Assembly: GCF_001194135.2 (NCBI RefSeq) | Contig: NC_069003.1 | Location: 7,497,147-7,561,146 of the forward strand | Reading direction: 5' to 3' | DNA length: 64,000 nt | Source: Octopus bimaculoides | Lineage: Eukaryota | Part shown: piece after piece, positions 38,831-52,360 of the stretch | Layout of the letters: every line of letters begins with the position of its first letter | Numbering within the stretch: the stretch's first letter is position 1 | Made by a program: the position numbers and the translations under genes | The notes under the pieces: generated by a model | The model's database searches: none | Told to the model about the DNA's origin: nothing | What the model saw: only the letters and a program-made list of their open reading frames with translations

Positions 38831-41800
38831 CATGCAGTTGTTCTGTGGAATCTGAAGGCAATTTAAATCTTGAATTTAAGTCATAGAGACGAATAAATCT
38901 TTCTTCCTTTCTTCCATTTCGTTTAGGGGACGATCGATAATTTCGGTTATTATTCTCATCATTTCGTCTTTCGCAATTACTCCTACATCTTTTATCTTCT
39001 GTCTTTTACTTGTTTCAGTCATTGAACTGCGGCCTTGCTGGAGCATGCGCTTGCCTTGAAAAGTGCAGTCGAACAAATCGATCTCAATACATATTTATTA
39101 TATATTTTTAAAGTCTTGTATATATTCTATCGGTTCCTTCTGCCGGACCACTAGGCTATGGGGACGTAAGCAATCCAAATGCCGGTTGTCAAGCGATGGT
39201 GGGGGAACACACGCGCGCGCGCGCAGCAAATTTTTCTTGAAATTTTAGCAATTTATTACACAGCACAATTATTTTGGATTTATTACACAGCGTAATTGTT
39301 TTAGATTTACACTCCAGAGAATATATTCATAATCCAGTGAAGCGAACCAGGATTTACCCATCAGAAAAATTACAGCCGGATTGCTCAGTCTTAGCGATCC
39401 TTGATGCATCTTACTACTTGATGTGGTTAACTGGAAGCTGGAATACACCTGCGAGCTATTACACCTCCCTCCTCGATAATTTATCCCTATATACTCAGTG
39501 TACACAAATTCTAAGAATGATTATTGTGGTTAACAAAACTGGTTTTGCATTTTTATTTATCTAATAAATTGTTTTTTAACGGTGGGACTTGAAGTAGATA
39601 ATGGTATAAACAATGGTAGTAGATCTGGGCAGAGGGCCAATAGTTTTTGAGATGAAAGAGGAATTCAATTACATCGATCTCCAGTTCTTGACTGGTACTT
39701 ATTTTATTGAAACATATATAAGACAAAGCCGACCTCGGCAGAATTTGAACTCTGAACGTAAAGAACTAGAAGAAAACGCTGCTAAGTATTCTACCCGTCT
39801 TGGTAACGGTTCTGCTAGCTAACACGCCAAGAGAAGTGCTCAACGGCATTTTGTCCGTCTTAACGTTCTGAGTTTCAAATATCGCCACGGTCGGTTTTGC
39901 CTTACATCTTTTTCGGAGGCGGTAAAATAAGTACCAGTTGAACGCTGGGGGATAAAATTGCTGGCCTTGCGCTAAAATTTGAAATCATTATTTATAGATT
40001 TCTCTCATGGCAGCGAGCTGGTTGAATTGTTAGCAAGCCGGACAAAAATACTTATCGGCATTTCGTTCGTACTTACGTTCTTAGTTTCAAATTCCGCCAA
40101 ATTCGATATTGTCTTTCGTTCTTTCGGGGTCGATAAAATAAGTACCAGTTAAGCACTGGAATCTGTATAATCGACTTGTCCCTTCTTTACCATACTTCAG
40201 GCCTTGTGTCTATAAAAGATAGGATTATAACTTTTTTTTCTACTTCGAGTTACAGTTAAAACGATTATATTTCATATCCCTTGCAGTCTCTAAATTCTTA
40301 TGAGGCAGTTACTTATCTTTTCTCTTTTACCTGTTTCAAGTCACTGGACTGAGGCCATGCTGGGGCACCGCCTTGAAAATGTTTTAGTTGAATGGCGCGA
40401 CCCCAGGACTTATTCTTTTAAGCCTAGTGTTTATTCTATTGGTCTATTTTGTAAACACACCAACACCGGTTGACAAGCGGTGGTGGGGAACAAACGCAGA
40501 CACAGACAGAAACACACACACACACACACACACACGACAGACTTCTTTCAGTTTCCGTCAACCACTCACAAGGATTCGGTCGACCTGACTATAGCAGAAG
40601 ACACGTACTTAAGATATCACATTGTGGGACTGAATCAGGAAATACGTAGTTGGGAAGTAAACTTATCACACAGCCACACCTGCATCTACAAAGTGGATGA
40701 CTTTAGCATCATTGTTGTAGCGTACGTGCGGAACGCCTCGTTGGCTGCGTGAATGATGACTAAAGCCAACTCACGAGCATTTAACCTTAATACTTATTGC
40801 TGGATATTTACAGTGGAAGATACTAATAACACAGTTACTCACTGGTATATTTCGTTGACTATTTAGAATAAAAATATTAAGAATATTATTGCCGAGTGGG
40901 AGGAGAGAAAACTGCCGTATCCATAAAAGCTGCTTACAGAACATTGCGTGAATGTTCCGAATCGGTCTACGCAAGAGTCCCAAGCTGCCTGCTCGAACGC
41001 CAGAGGTCGTCTGCCTGGCAAGAGGTGAGGCGTGTGAACCAGTCGGCCGCTCTATGGGGGTTAAATTTTAGAATATCCAAGTGAGCCATATCACGCCACA
41101 GCTAATTGGTCGATCGATCACGTGAAACTGTGATGGTCCAATCGTGGTGCCTAACCTAGTATCTAGCGGTTAGGGTTCGAATCTCCGCTACAGTACTATC
41201 AACATGGGGTCCAGTGAACAGGAAAAAAATATGAAAGAAAAGGTAGAGGTGAAGGTTCAATGCTGTGAGCCACGAGTTTGGTCCAATGAATCTATTATTC
41301 GTTTCATATAAAAAAAAGAAAAAAAAAACGTGGAATGGATTCATTTATCACTAATTTATCTATCACTGTCTTTTTTCTTATCTTTTTTTTTTTTGAGCCA
41401 ACCAACCGTGATACGTATTTCAATNNNNNNNNNNNNNNNNNNNNNNNNNNNNNNNNNNNNNNNNNNNNNNNNNNNNNNNNNNNNNNNNNNNNNNNNNNNN
41501 NNNNNNNNNNNNNNNNNNNNNNNNNNNNNNNNNNNNNNNNNNNNNNNNNNNNNNNNNNNNNNNNNNNNNNNNNNNNNNNNNNNNNNNNNNNNNNNNNNNN
41601 NNNNNNNNNNNNNNNNNNNNNNNNNNNNNNNNNNNNNNNNNNNNNNNNNNNNNNNNNNNNNNNNNNNNNNNNNNNNNNNNNNNNNNNNNNNNNNNNNNNN
41701 NNNNNNNNNNNNNNNNNNNNNNNNNNNNNNNNNNNNNNNNNNNNNNNNNNNNNNNNNNNNNNNNNNNNNNNNNNNNNNNNNNNNNNNNNNNNNNNNNNNN

Positions 41801-42519
41801 NNNNNNNNNNNNNNNNNNNNNNNNNNNNNNNNNNNNNNNNNNNNNNNNNNNNNNNNNNNNNNNNNNNNNNNNNNNNNNNNNNNNNNNNNNNNNNNNNNNN
41901 NNNNNNNNNNNNNNNNNNNNNNNNNNNNNNNNNNNNNNNNNNNNNNNNNNNNNNNNNNNNNNNNNNNNNNNNNNNNNNNTATTGTTTTCAGTCGTGTTTG
42001 TTTGTCCTTGGAAAAGATATCTCAAGAACCACTGGATGGATTCGGATGAAACTTTCAAGGATGTTTGGCCTCATGACTGGCACGAACTGATTAGATTTTG
42101 GGATCGATCCGGTACCGGACAAGGATTCTGGATTATTTGTTATATTTACTTTACATGATGCATTACGATCTTAGGTTGATTGTCAAGTCTTTCTCTGATT
42201 ATCTCCCTTGAAAGCACGCTCATGGTTTCCACGTAAGTTATGGTGGCGTTGCTATTTCCAAAGTTTTATTTTCGTTTCTCTATTATTAATTTTACTCGCG
42301 TTTCTATCTTAGTAGAAACTGATGGATAAAGAAATCAAACTACATAAGCAAACGGCAGCAAAACCGTTCGGAAATTAAATAACACTGACATATGCAGTAA
42401 CAATAATAAATTTAATTTATCCTCGACAATTTTTAGTTTTACCAATTTTGAATATATCGCTCCTGTTTAAAATCTCTTACCTACTTGACAATTGCATTTC
42501 TTGCTCAGCCTTGAATGAA

Positions 42520-42700
42520 GCTTTACTTCTTGGACTCACGTTTTTGTGCGCAATGATGTTGTTAAACCTCCCTTAACAGCACCGTATACAGGTCCTTTCC
42601 GCTTTCTTTCACGCGCAGATAAATTTTTCCCTATAGATCTTAATGGTCGTAAAGACACTATATCAGTGGATAGACTAAAAAAAGGCCTTCATAGAGAAAA
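42520..42700 (+). mobile_element. Gypsy/Ty3 integrase C-terminal (GPY/F) fragment
   Basis: RNDVVKPPLTAPYTGPFRFLSRADKFFPIDLNGRKDTISVDRLK resembles R-DAVRKPLQPPYxGPYxVL...VSxDRLK. Confidence 0.75.
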
Positions 42701-45700
42701 TTGTCCCTGTTCCCACTGCAGACGACACACACACACACAATATTACAAACATGGCACGGCTCGTACACCCAATTTCATATTCCACAACCACCACTGAGAT
42801 CGATCAGGTACCTGACAAGGATTCTGGATTATTCCCCCCCACCTTTTTTTACTTAATAATATATCTTGTGTCTACAAGCACTCGTCGGGCTCTGGGCACA
42901 TGGTTTGTTCTATTTGAAAAACAAGACGCCTAACAACGTGTTTCTATAACAAGCAACTATTAGTATTTCTTATTTTAATACACTGTACATTAAATGATGT
43001 TTATTGCTCTCTGAATGGAATATTATTATTATTAATTAATATTATTAGTATTATTATTATTAGCTTTACCTTAATGGAACAGTAAACTATATGTGTATAT
43101 ACCTATGGTGTATTATTTAATACACCGTATTATTTAATATACATTTATTCGTTTGTGTCGTTCAAATACATGCCCCAAGCCACTATGATTTTTTTTTTCC
43201 GGATGGGAAAGCCTTTCATTTACAGATGGATACCTGAGCAATTTAACTAAACACGTCTTTATGTCTTTAGTGGGAAGCAGACGACAATGTCGGAGCGTTT
43301 TGCAGACGATAACATTGTTGCTCGTTGTTTTGGGCTCGTGTGAGCCTAAGAATGTAAAAAGACTACTAAGGACGTTGAATTAACTAAATATTGTTTTCGT
43401 GTTATTCACAGGCCCTGTAATTTTGAAAGGAGCAGGTCTGTCGATGCTATCAACCCCAGTACGTGACTGGTACTTAATTCTATCGAGTTTGAAACGATGA
43501 AATGCTAAGTTAATTTCGGCGGCATTTGAACTCAGAATGTAAAGAATCGAAACAAATGAAGCAAAGCATTTATTCCGACGTTCTGTCGATCCTGCCTGCT
43601 CCATTCGCAGAGGATAAATTATTCGGAGTAACTAAGTATTACAAGTAGAAAGAGGGGGTGGGGAGATAGACAGACAGATAAATAGATAGATAGATAGATA
43701 AAGAGGGGGAGAGAAGTATAGAATAACATGGAGAGCGGGATAGATAGATAGATAGAGAGAGAGATACAGAATGACATGGATAGATGGATGGACAGACAAT
43801 TAGACAAACAGATAGATAGATAGATATAGACAGAGAATGACAGATCAACATTTTAATTGTCACTATGTGTGTATGCTTGCTGCAGAGAGAGGGGGGAGGG
43901 ATAGATAGCTAGAAAGAGAGAGAGAGAGAAAGAAAGAAAGAAAGAGAGTGGGACAGAGATAGAGAGACAGAGAATGATAGAACAGCAGTTGACTTGCTAC
44001 TACCACTCACTTGATTTGTATGTGAGTGTGTGTGTTAGCAATAGAAAAGAGAGAGAAAGGCGGAGAAAGAAAGAGAAAGAGAAAAGAAGAAGAAAAGAAA
44101 TATCCTGTGACCGCAACTCTCGTCCTTTCTCACTATCCTCCCCTTCCGCCACTTGCGCTACGCGAAAGGGAATTCAACTTGAAAATTATTATATTAGGTG
44201 ACAGGAAGCGTTAATTTAATATTGATAGATATACGTAATTATTTTATTAAATAATGAGAGGAAACATTAATCATAGTCAGATACTCACTGTTATTTAATT
44301 AACTAATGTCAGGAAGCATCAAGTATTTATAAGCAAACCAATGTCTTTTTGTTTTCATTAATATAGAATTTATATAGTAAAGTGAGCAGTGATTCATAAT
44401 TTATATCTCTGTTATAAAAATGATATCAATGAAATACGTTTTTCCCAACTATTTTATATTTTCTTCGTTGCTGAAATGGTTCGTTAAACTGATTTAATGT
44501 TTCCGAGAACAATTGAAAAGAGTTGAGCTGAAAGAACCGATAGCACACCCGACAAAATGCTTAGCGGCATTTCGTTCGTACTTACGTTCTTAGTTTCAAA
44601 TTCCGCCAAATTCGATATTGCCTTTCATCCTTTCACGGTCGATAAAATAAGTACCAATCAAATACTGGACTCGATTTAATCGAGTAGCGCTCTCCTAGCA
44701 TAATTCCAGGCCTTGTGCCTATAGCAGAAAGAATTATTATTATATCGCGAGATCGTGGTTTCGATTTTTAGACTGGGTGGTGCGTTTTGTTCTCGAGCAA
44801 AAACACTTCATGCCAACAGAACCAGCAGACGACACGAGGGAGTGAGGGCCTCGACGTAATTCGTCGACATGCTAGAAATAGCAACCAAATCTTCGTGTAG
44901 TTAGTTGGACGCAAGGGAAGATTTAGTACACATACACTCGTTTATCACCGATAACATGATGTACTCAATTGCGAACCATGTAACGCTTTTTAGGAATTGA
45001 TTTATGACAATTCGTCGATTCTGCTTGTACGTATTTTTTTGCAAAGGTGTATGTAACTTGTACCCATCAACATGGGAGCAGTGGTTCTCAACCATTTTTT
45101 ACCGATGGATTCCTTTGATTCCTGTTTTATTCTACTGGCCCTTCATAGCTATTCGATATTTGAAAAAATCCTATTATATTTTAATAATTAAACATTATTC
45201 GGAATTGTATTAAAAAATTGTCAAAATAGTTTGCGTTTTGTAGAAGTATAATTAATTTATTGCTCATAAATTTTAACAACGAAATCTTATTTGGACTCGC
45301 AAATGGACTCTGGTTCAGAACCAATATTGTACAGAAAAGTGTATTTTCTGGAGGGGTTCGAGAAAATACGCGACGGTACGGTGGAAGCTTTGCCGCTGTC
45401 GCAATTTTGCTGTCCACGAATCTACCTTTCATTTTTACAAAGGGCATAGAGATGATTCATTTATCACTGCTTTTTTGACGCCAAACTCCTGCAATAAACG
45501 AGGATAAATGTATAAGGTGAAAAAAAAAACCAAAAAAAAAAACCCAGTGGTGAAATGTTTGAGTGTAAACAATTGAGACGATTGATATCAACAACAGACA
45601 AATGAATTACTGGAACCGTCACTAACTCTGTTGTATTCCATGGAGATTCTGTCTTTGGATATACTTGTATCAAATTCTTGGTTAACTGTTGTTGTTTAGG

Positions 45701-46216
45701 TATGATCGACCAGGGCTTTGTACGAGCAGAGACGTGTGTGTGTGTGTGTGTACTTCTGCATATTTGCTCGTGTATTTTAATGCCTGTATATTTCTGAGTG
45801 TATGTACGCCTATGTGTGTACGTATATTTGTATATGTATGTGCATGCGTGTGTATGCATGCATATGTACCTACGTACGTACGTACGTATGTGTGTATCTC
45901 TGTGTGTGTGTGTACTTCTGTATATATGCGAGTGTATTTATGTCTGTATATTTCTGAAGGTATGTACGCGTATGTGTGTATGTATACCTGCATATATATA
46001 TATATATATGTGCATGCGTGTGTATGCATGCATATACGTATACGTATGTGTTTGTTTCTGTGCGTGCGTGCGCGTGTACCCTAACACAGCACACAGCGAA
46101 CTGTAGCCAATACAATAGTCTTCCCAACGGGTCAGCAGCGAGATCAAAGAAATTTGTTTGATCTCGCCCCCCGTGCACTTTTTAATCTTTCCTGTCTCAT
46201 GATTTCCTATTCTTTC

Positions 46217-46254
<38 letters not shown>

Positions 46255-49200
46255 CCTTCTGTCCCCTTACTTTCTCTAACTACCAATAATTATCTGTCTT
46301 TCTGTCCTCTCTCTTTCACTCTATCTTTCGTTCTATCTTTACACACATCAACAGTTAGTCTTTCAATCAATTCTGAATGTACTCGCACATACCATCACCA
46401 GTATATGCAATAGACATGGCGGCGAGGTGGCAGAATCGTTAAACACGCCTGGCATTTCGTCCGACTTTACGTTCTGAGTTCAAATTCCGCAAAGGCCCAC
46501 TTTGCCCTTCATCCTTTCTAGGTTGATAAAATAAATACCAGTTGTGTTCTGGGATCGATGTAATCGACTTACTACCATCCCCATCCGAAATCGCTAGCCT
46601 TGTGCCAAAATTTGAACTCAATATATTGAATAGACAAGGTAGCAAGCTGGCAATGCTGGGCAAATAGTCAACAGCATTTCGTCTGTCTTTACGTTCTGAG
46701 ATCAAATTCCACCAAGGTCAACTTTGCCCTTCATCCTTTTGGGGACGATGAAATAAGTACCACTTGATCATTGGGGTCGATGTAATTGATTTGTACCCTC
46801 CTCTGAAATTGCTGGCCTTGTGCCAAAATTTGAATATAATTATGTAGGTTCAGAATTGGCTGTGTGGCTATGATGCTTGCTTAGTTACCATGTGGTTTTG
46901 AGTTCTATCCCATTGTGCAAGTGTCTTCTGTTCTATCCCATTTGGGCAAGTGTCTTCTGTTATAGACTGGCCCAATACATCATGAGTGAAATTGGGAGAT
47001 GGAAACTGTATCGAAGCTCATTGTGAGTGTGTGTATGTGAATAAGTATGTATATATACTGTAAAAATTTGTAAAACCTTGCAGGGATTCTCTATTTGGGA
47101 TGAACATATGCCAAACAAAACACATATACTAAAGTCTTGTGAGTGGATTTGGTGGACGGAAACTGAAGGAAGCCCGTCGTATATATGAATATATATATAT
47201 ATATGTATGAATAATAACAATAAATGGAGCAAAACGCATATAAATAAAAGTTCCTTTAATTCCTACATATGTTTCAAAATATATGTGTGCACTCCTCCAA
47301 AGAAGTAAGAACTGCTGGAATTCCACATATATTCATCGTCAGGGAACCAACATATAAAAGCATGACAAATGCGAAATGATGAGGTAACTTACGAGCCATA
47401 ATATTACATGGCCAAATAAGTGACCGTTAGAAGTAAGAACGCTTGTTTACATAAAGTTAGAAAGGAAGGGGGCTGTAAACGTAATGCTAAAGGTTTAAAT
47501 TAAGTAATTAAAACGGGGGAGGAGGGCAAAATAGATCACAGTAAAGTAAACTAGAAGTCGTAAGCTAATTGCTAAGTCAAAAGTGGAGGAAGGGAGAGAA
47601 CCAAGAGAGTTCTTCAAATATAAAAAACATTTTCTCCTTAAGGAAAAAACTAATATGTATGTATGTATATGTTTGTATGTCTGTTTGTCCCTCCCCACCA
47701 CTTAGCAGTTCAGCAAAAGGAAACAATAAAATAAGTACTAGGCTTACAAAGAATAAGTCCTGGGGTCGATTTACTCGACTAAAGGCGGTGCTCCAGCATG
47801 GTCACAGTCAAATGACTGAAACAGATAAAAGAATAAAAGAATACATCGCCATCATCATCATCATCATCATTATTTAATATCCATTGTCCATGCTGGCATG
47901 GGTTGGACGGTTTCATCAGGGCTAGTAACAACGACCAAGAAGCAAGCTAGTGCTACACTTAACTATTAAATTTCCCCACAGCAAGCAACCCTGAATTTTT
48001 TCTCTTTCGTTTTTCTTTTTTTTTTATATTTTTTTCATTTTGTCTTTTGGGTCTTTTTTTGCCTTGGTTGGTCATTCTAATAATCATTAACACAGCTATG
48101 TCCTGAAACAGTGCAAACTGCTTAGCAGTGCACTCGGACATGTCTTTGTCGCTTAAGGATGTCGTCTTAGTAAACATGGAAGCCTTCAGCTTGGTATAAT
48201 CTGATTAACCGTTTTTGCAAGCATACCTGATCAAGAGAGAGAGAGAGAGAGAGGAGGAGGGGAGAGAACTGGTCTAAGGGATACACTCTTTCTATTCCTC
48301 CCTCTCTCTCTCTCTTCCCCCTCTCTCTCATTCTCTCTCTGTCTCTGGTTCTCTTGTTTATCCAATCTCCTTCATCCTCTCTGTTAATATCCCAACTTTG
48401 AACATCACACAAAACACCTACGGTCATGGTCACTATTTCAGTTAATCGCCTATGTCAATATAAGCACATATCCATAGAAATATATTTGTGTGTGTATGTG
48501 TGCGTGTGTGTGTGTGTGTGAAAATGTACAAACATAACACATTTATATATAAATAGGCAGTTATATAGACACACACATATACTTACATATACACATACAT
48601 GCACACACACACATATATATATACATATATGTATATGTATACACATGCTTATATGCTTAAGTATGTATGCATATATATNNNNNNNNNNNNNNNNNNNNNN
48701 NNNNNNNNNNNNNNNNNNNNNNNNNNNNNNNNNNNNNNNNNNNNNNNNNNNNNNNNNNNNNNNNNNNNNNNNNNNNNNNNNNNNNNNNNNNNNNNNNNNN
48801 NNNNNNNNNNNNNNNNNNNNNNNNNNNNNNNNNNNNNNNNNNNNNNNNNNNNNNNNNNNNNNNNNNNNNNNNNNNNNNNNNNNNNNNNNNNNNNNNCTGT
48901 GTGGACACACACATGTATACACATATATTTGTATACAAATATGTATATATGCATACATATATATACATACATACATACATACATGCATACGTACATTCAT
49001 ACATATATATATACACATACATATGTACATATATACATACATACATATATACACATACATGCATGCATACGTACATACATACATATATATATACACATAC
49101 ATATGTACATATATACATACATACATATATACACATACATGCATGCATACGTACGTACATACATACATACATACATACATACACACACACATACATACAA

Positions 49201-49289
49201 ACATATATGTATGCATATGAACGTGATTAGAATCAGTCAAAAGCAATCCTACATCCAAAGAACATTCCTTGTTCAATAACTGACTTGTG

Positions 49290-49422
49290 ATGGCAGCCAG
49301 TATTCCATCAAATCTCAGCCAGAATTTCAACAAAGATGGTTATGTCACAGGAATTCCTGTGCTGACTCAAACAGAAGTAAAAGAATTAGTACACAATTTC
49401 AATGCACTAGAAAAAGAAATTG
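49290..49422 (+). CDS. PhyH-family Fe(II)/2-oxoglutarate dioxygenase, coding exon 1
   Basis: Not in the ORF track. ATG at 49290 with an in-frame TGA just upstream. MAASIPSNLSQNFNKDGYVTGIPVLTQTEVKELVHNFNALEKEIG carries the typical PhyH F-x2-DGY N-terminal motif. Donor G|gtaagt (phase 1). Confidence 0.85.
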
Positions 49423-49506
49423 GTAAGTAATTTGGTTCCAGATCCTCTTATTTTATTTAATTATTTATTTTTTTGCTTCAACTGAGCCATGATATTTCTC
49501 TGTATT

Positions 49507-49544
<38 letters not shown>

Positions 49545-50087
49545 NNNNNNNNNNNNNNNNNNNNNNNNNNNNNNNNNNNNNNNNNNNNNNNNNNNNNNNN
49601 NNNNNNNNNNNNNNNNNNNNNNNNNNNNNNNNNNNNNNNNNNNNNNNNNNNNNNNNNNNNNNNNNNNNNNNNNNNNNNNNNNNNNNNNNNNNNNNNNNNN
49701 NNNNNNNNNNNNNNNNNNNNNNNNNNCTTCATCAGGTGTCTTAGGTAAATTTCGAACCTGGGTTCTTATTCCTAAGGTATTTTTCAAGGTTGTTGTTATT
49801 ATTATTATTATTATTAGTCAAAATGAAGAGCGCGATTTTAGATGTTTTATTTTTTGAACAACATTTCGACAGAACGTCTGTCTTTCTCAAGTTCAAACCA
49901 AAAGGTGATTGAAAATTCAAAATTTCAGAAACCAAACGTAAACTATGAACGTGAGTAATCAGCGTCCATACGTTGTTCAATCACCTTTTGGTTTGAAATG
50001 TTGTTCAAAAAATAAAACATCTAAAATCGCGCTCTTTGTTTTGACTATTTACCTTCGTGAAGAGTTACGTCAATCCTTTTTTAAAAA

Positions 50088-50119
<32 letters not shown>

Positions 50120-50223
50120 TCACTGTCTGGAATGAAAGAATAGGTGCAAAGAATTAACGTTTGATATGCAATGTAAAGCAAATTGCGTATTCTAATTGTT
50201 TCGATATCTTTTATATTCTTCAG

Positions 50224-50440
50224 GTAAAGAAAACTCGCAATATTCTTTACATAATGTTCACACCAAACTTCCCTGGGTGATGAAAATGGCAGCTCACCCC
50301 AATATCTTACACCCACTGCGCGCCATACTTGGTGACAATATCTTTGTGCTGGATTCCCGCTTCATCTGCAAATACCCTGACAAAGAAAATTCACGGATGG
50401 ATGGTGCCAAGCAATATGTTGCTTGGCATCAAGATGTAAG
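50224..50440 (+). CDS. PhyH-family dioxygenase, coding exon 2 (HxD iron ligands)
   Basis: Acceptor tatattcttcag|GT (phase 1). ...WVMKMAAHPNILHPLRAILGDNIFVLDSRFICKYP...YVAWHQDVR. Donor AG|gtaaga (phase 2). Confidence 0.9.
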
Positions 50441-50466
50441 GTAAGAGATTCCACTGGGTAGAAATA

Positions 50467-50778
50467 CAGTGGAACTTCAGCTTGCAAATTTAATTTGTTC
50501 CTGAAGCCTGTTCATCAACCGATATGTTTGTAAATCGAACCTATTTTCCCCATAGGAACTTCAAGAGAAAGCATGGTGGATTCAAGCACAGATGTGCACC
50601 AGAGCAAAAGCTGGACAGCAACTGAGGCTCTCCTGCTTTTTGTTGGCAATCATTGTTGGTAGCATGTATGTTCATTATTCAAGACACCATTGATCCCCTG
50701 AGGCATTTTATGTTCAAAAAATTGTTCATAAACTAATTTGTTCATGAAGAGAGGCATTCATAAACCAAAGTTACACTG
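50467..50778. mobile_element. Degenerate pogo/Tigger-like MITE
   Basis: cagtggaacttcagcttgcaaa vs reverse complement cagtgtaactttggtttatgaa; preceded by TA. Confidence 0.5.
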
Positions 50779-51423
50779 TGTGTATGTATATATATATACA
50801 CACACACATATATATATAGAGCCATTCTAACAAATATATATATACACACACACATATATATATAGAGCCATTCCAACAAATATATATATATACACATACA
50901 TATATATGTAGAGAGAGCCATTCTAACAATGCGTCCTGCCCTAACTCTTCGAAACGCTTAGTTTTAGAATGGTGGCAGCTGATGAAGGAAGTCTTCTCTA
51001 TGTGGCCTGTGTGTCTTCTGTGCTCTGTTTATGTTCTGTTTCTCATTTTGCCCACATTTTCTTGTGACGTCCTGTACCCAGATATGCATCTATATATACA
51101 TGTAGATGTAGGTATGTACATACATGTACATATATATGCATATACTCACATATTATTTGTAATATATATATATGTATATAAATTAAGAAAAGGAGTCAAA
51201 TGCAGGTGGTATTCAAATTTCTATACTTCCAACATATGTAATATCATTGGCACTTATGTGAATTTTTGCTACCCTGGTAACTATTTATTTATTTTTTCCG
51301 TGTTATTTATACACATTGAAAACAATACACATACATTTATACATATATACATACATACACATATATAATGTGTGTGTGTGTATGTATAATTGATGAAGGA
51401 AACAGAAGATGGATTTGACATTA

Positions 51424-51471
<48 letters not shown>

Positions 51472-52158
51472 NNNNNNNNNNNNNNNNNNNNNNNNNNNNN
51501 NNNNNNNNNNNNNNNNNNNNNNNNNNNNNNNNNNNNNNNNNNNNNNNNNNNNNNNNNNNNNNNNNNNNNNNNNNNNNNNNNNNNNNNNNNNNNNNNNNNN
51601 NNNNNNNNNNNNNNNNNNNNNNNNNNNNNNNNNNNNNNNNNNNNNNNNNNNNNNNNNNNNNNNNNNNNNNNNNNNNNNNNNNNNNNNNNNNNNNNNNNNN
51701 NNNNNNNNNNNNNNNNNNNNNNNNNNNNNNNNNNNNNNNNNNNNNNNNNNNNNNNNNNNNNNNNNNNNNNNNNNNNNNNNNNNNNNNNNNNNNNNNNNNN
51801 NNNNNNNNNNNNNNNNNNNNNNNNNNNNNNNNNNNNNNNNNNNNNNNNNNNNNNNNNNNNNNNNNNNNNNNNNNNNNNNNNNNNNNNNNNNNNNNNNNNN
51901 NNNNNNNNNNNNNNNNNNNNNNNNNNNNNNNNNNNNNNNNNNNNNNNNNNNNNNNNNNNNNNNNNNNNNNNNNNNNNNNNNNNNNNNNNNNNNNNNNNNN
52001 NNNNNNNNNNNNNNNNNNNNNNNNNNNNNNNNNNNNNNNNNNNNNNNNNNNNNNNNNNNNNNNNNNNNNNNNNNNNNNNNNNNNNNNNNNNNNNNNNNNN
52101 NNNNNNNNNNNNNNNNNNNNNNNNNNNNNNNNNNNNNNNNNNNNNNNNNNNNNNNNNN
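51472..52158. other. Assembly gap likely hiding a dioxygenase exon
   Basis: 687 N between exon 2 and the terminal exon; the expected WIAL...NGC...IPG segment was not found in the sequenced intron. Confidence 0.6.
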
Positions 52159-52360
52159 GTTTCAGTCATTTGACTGCAGCCATGCTGGAGCACTGCCTTT
52201 AGTCGAACAAATCGACCCCAGGGCTTATTCGTTGTAAGCCTAGTACTTATTCTATTGGTCTCTTTTTGCCGAACCGCTAAGTTATGGGGACATAAACACA
52301 CCAACATCGGTTGTCAAGTGATGTTGGGGGGACAAACACAGACACGCAAACATATACACA
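52159..52360 (-). mobile_element. Abundant SINE-like repeat (representative; copies near 5440, 22410, 25920, 28185, 29440, 39000, 40325, 55730)
   Basis: Recurrent tttcagtcatttgactgcagccatgctggagcac...gtacttattctattggtctc...aaacacaccaac...gacaaacacagacac running into CA/TA microsatellites. Confidence 0.75.

Noticed and set aside
41150-41200. tRNA gene (tagtatctagcggttagggttcgaatctcc)
   Set aside because: A and B boxes are adjacent with no anticodon arm; at most a SINE-head remnant.
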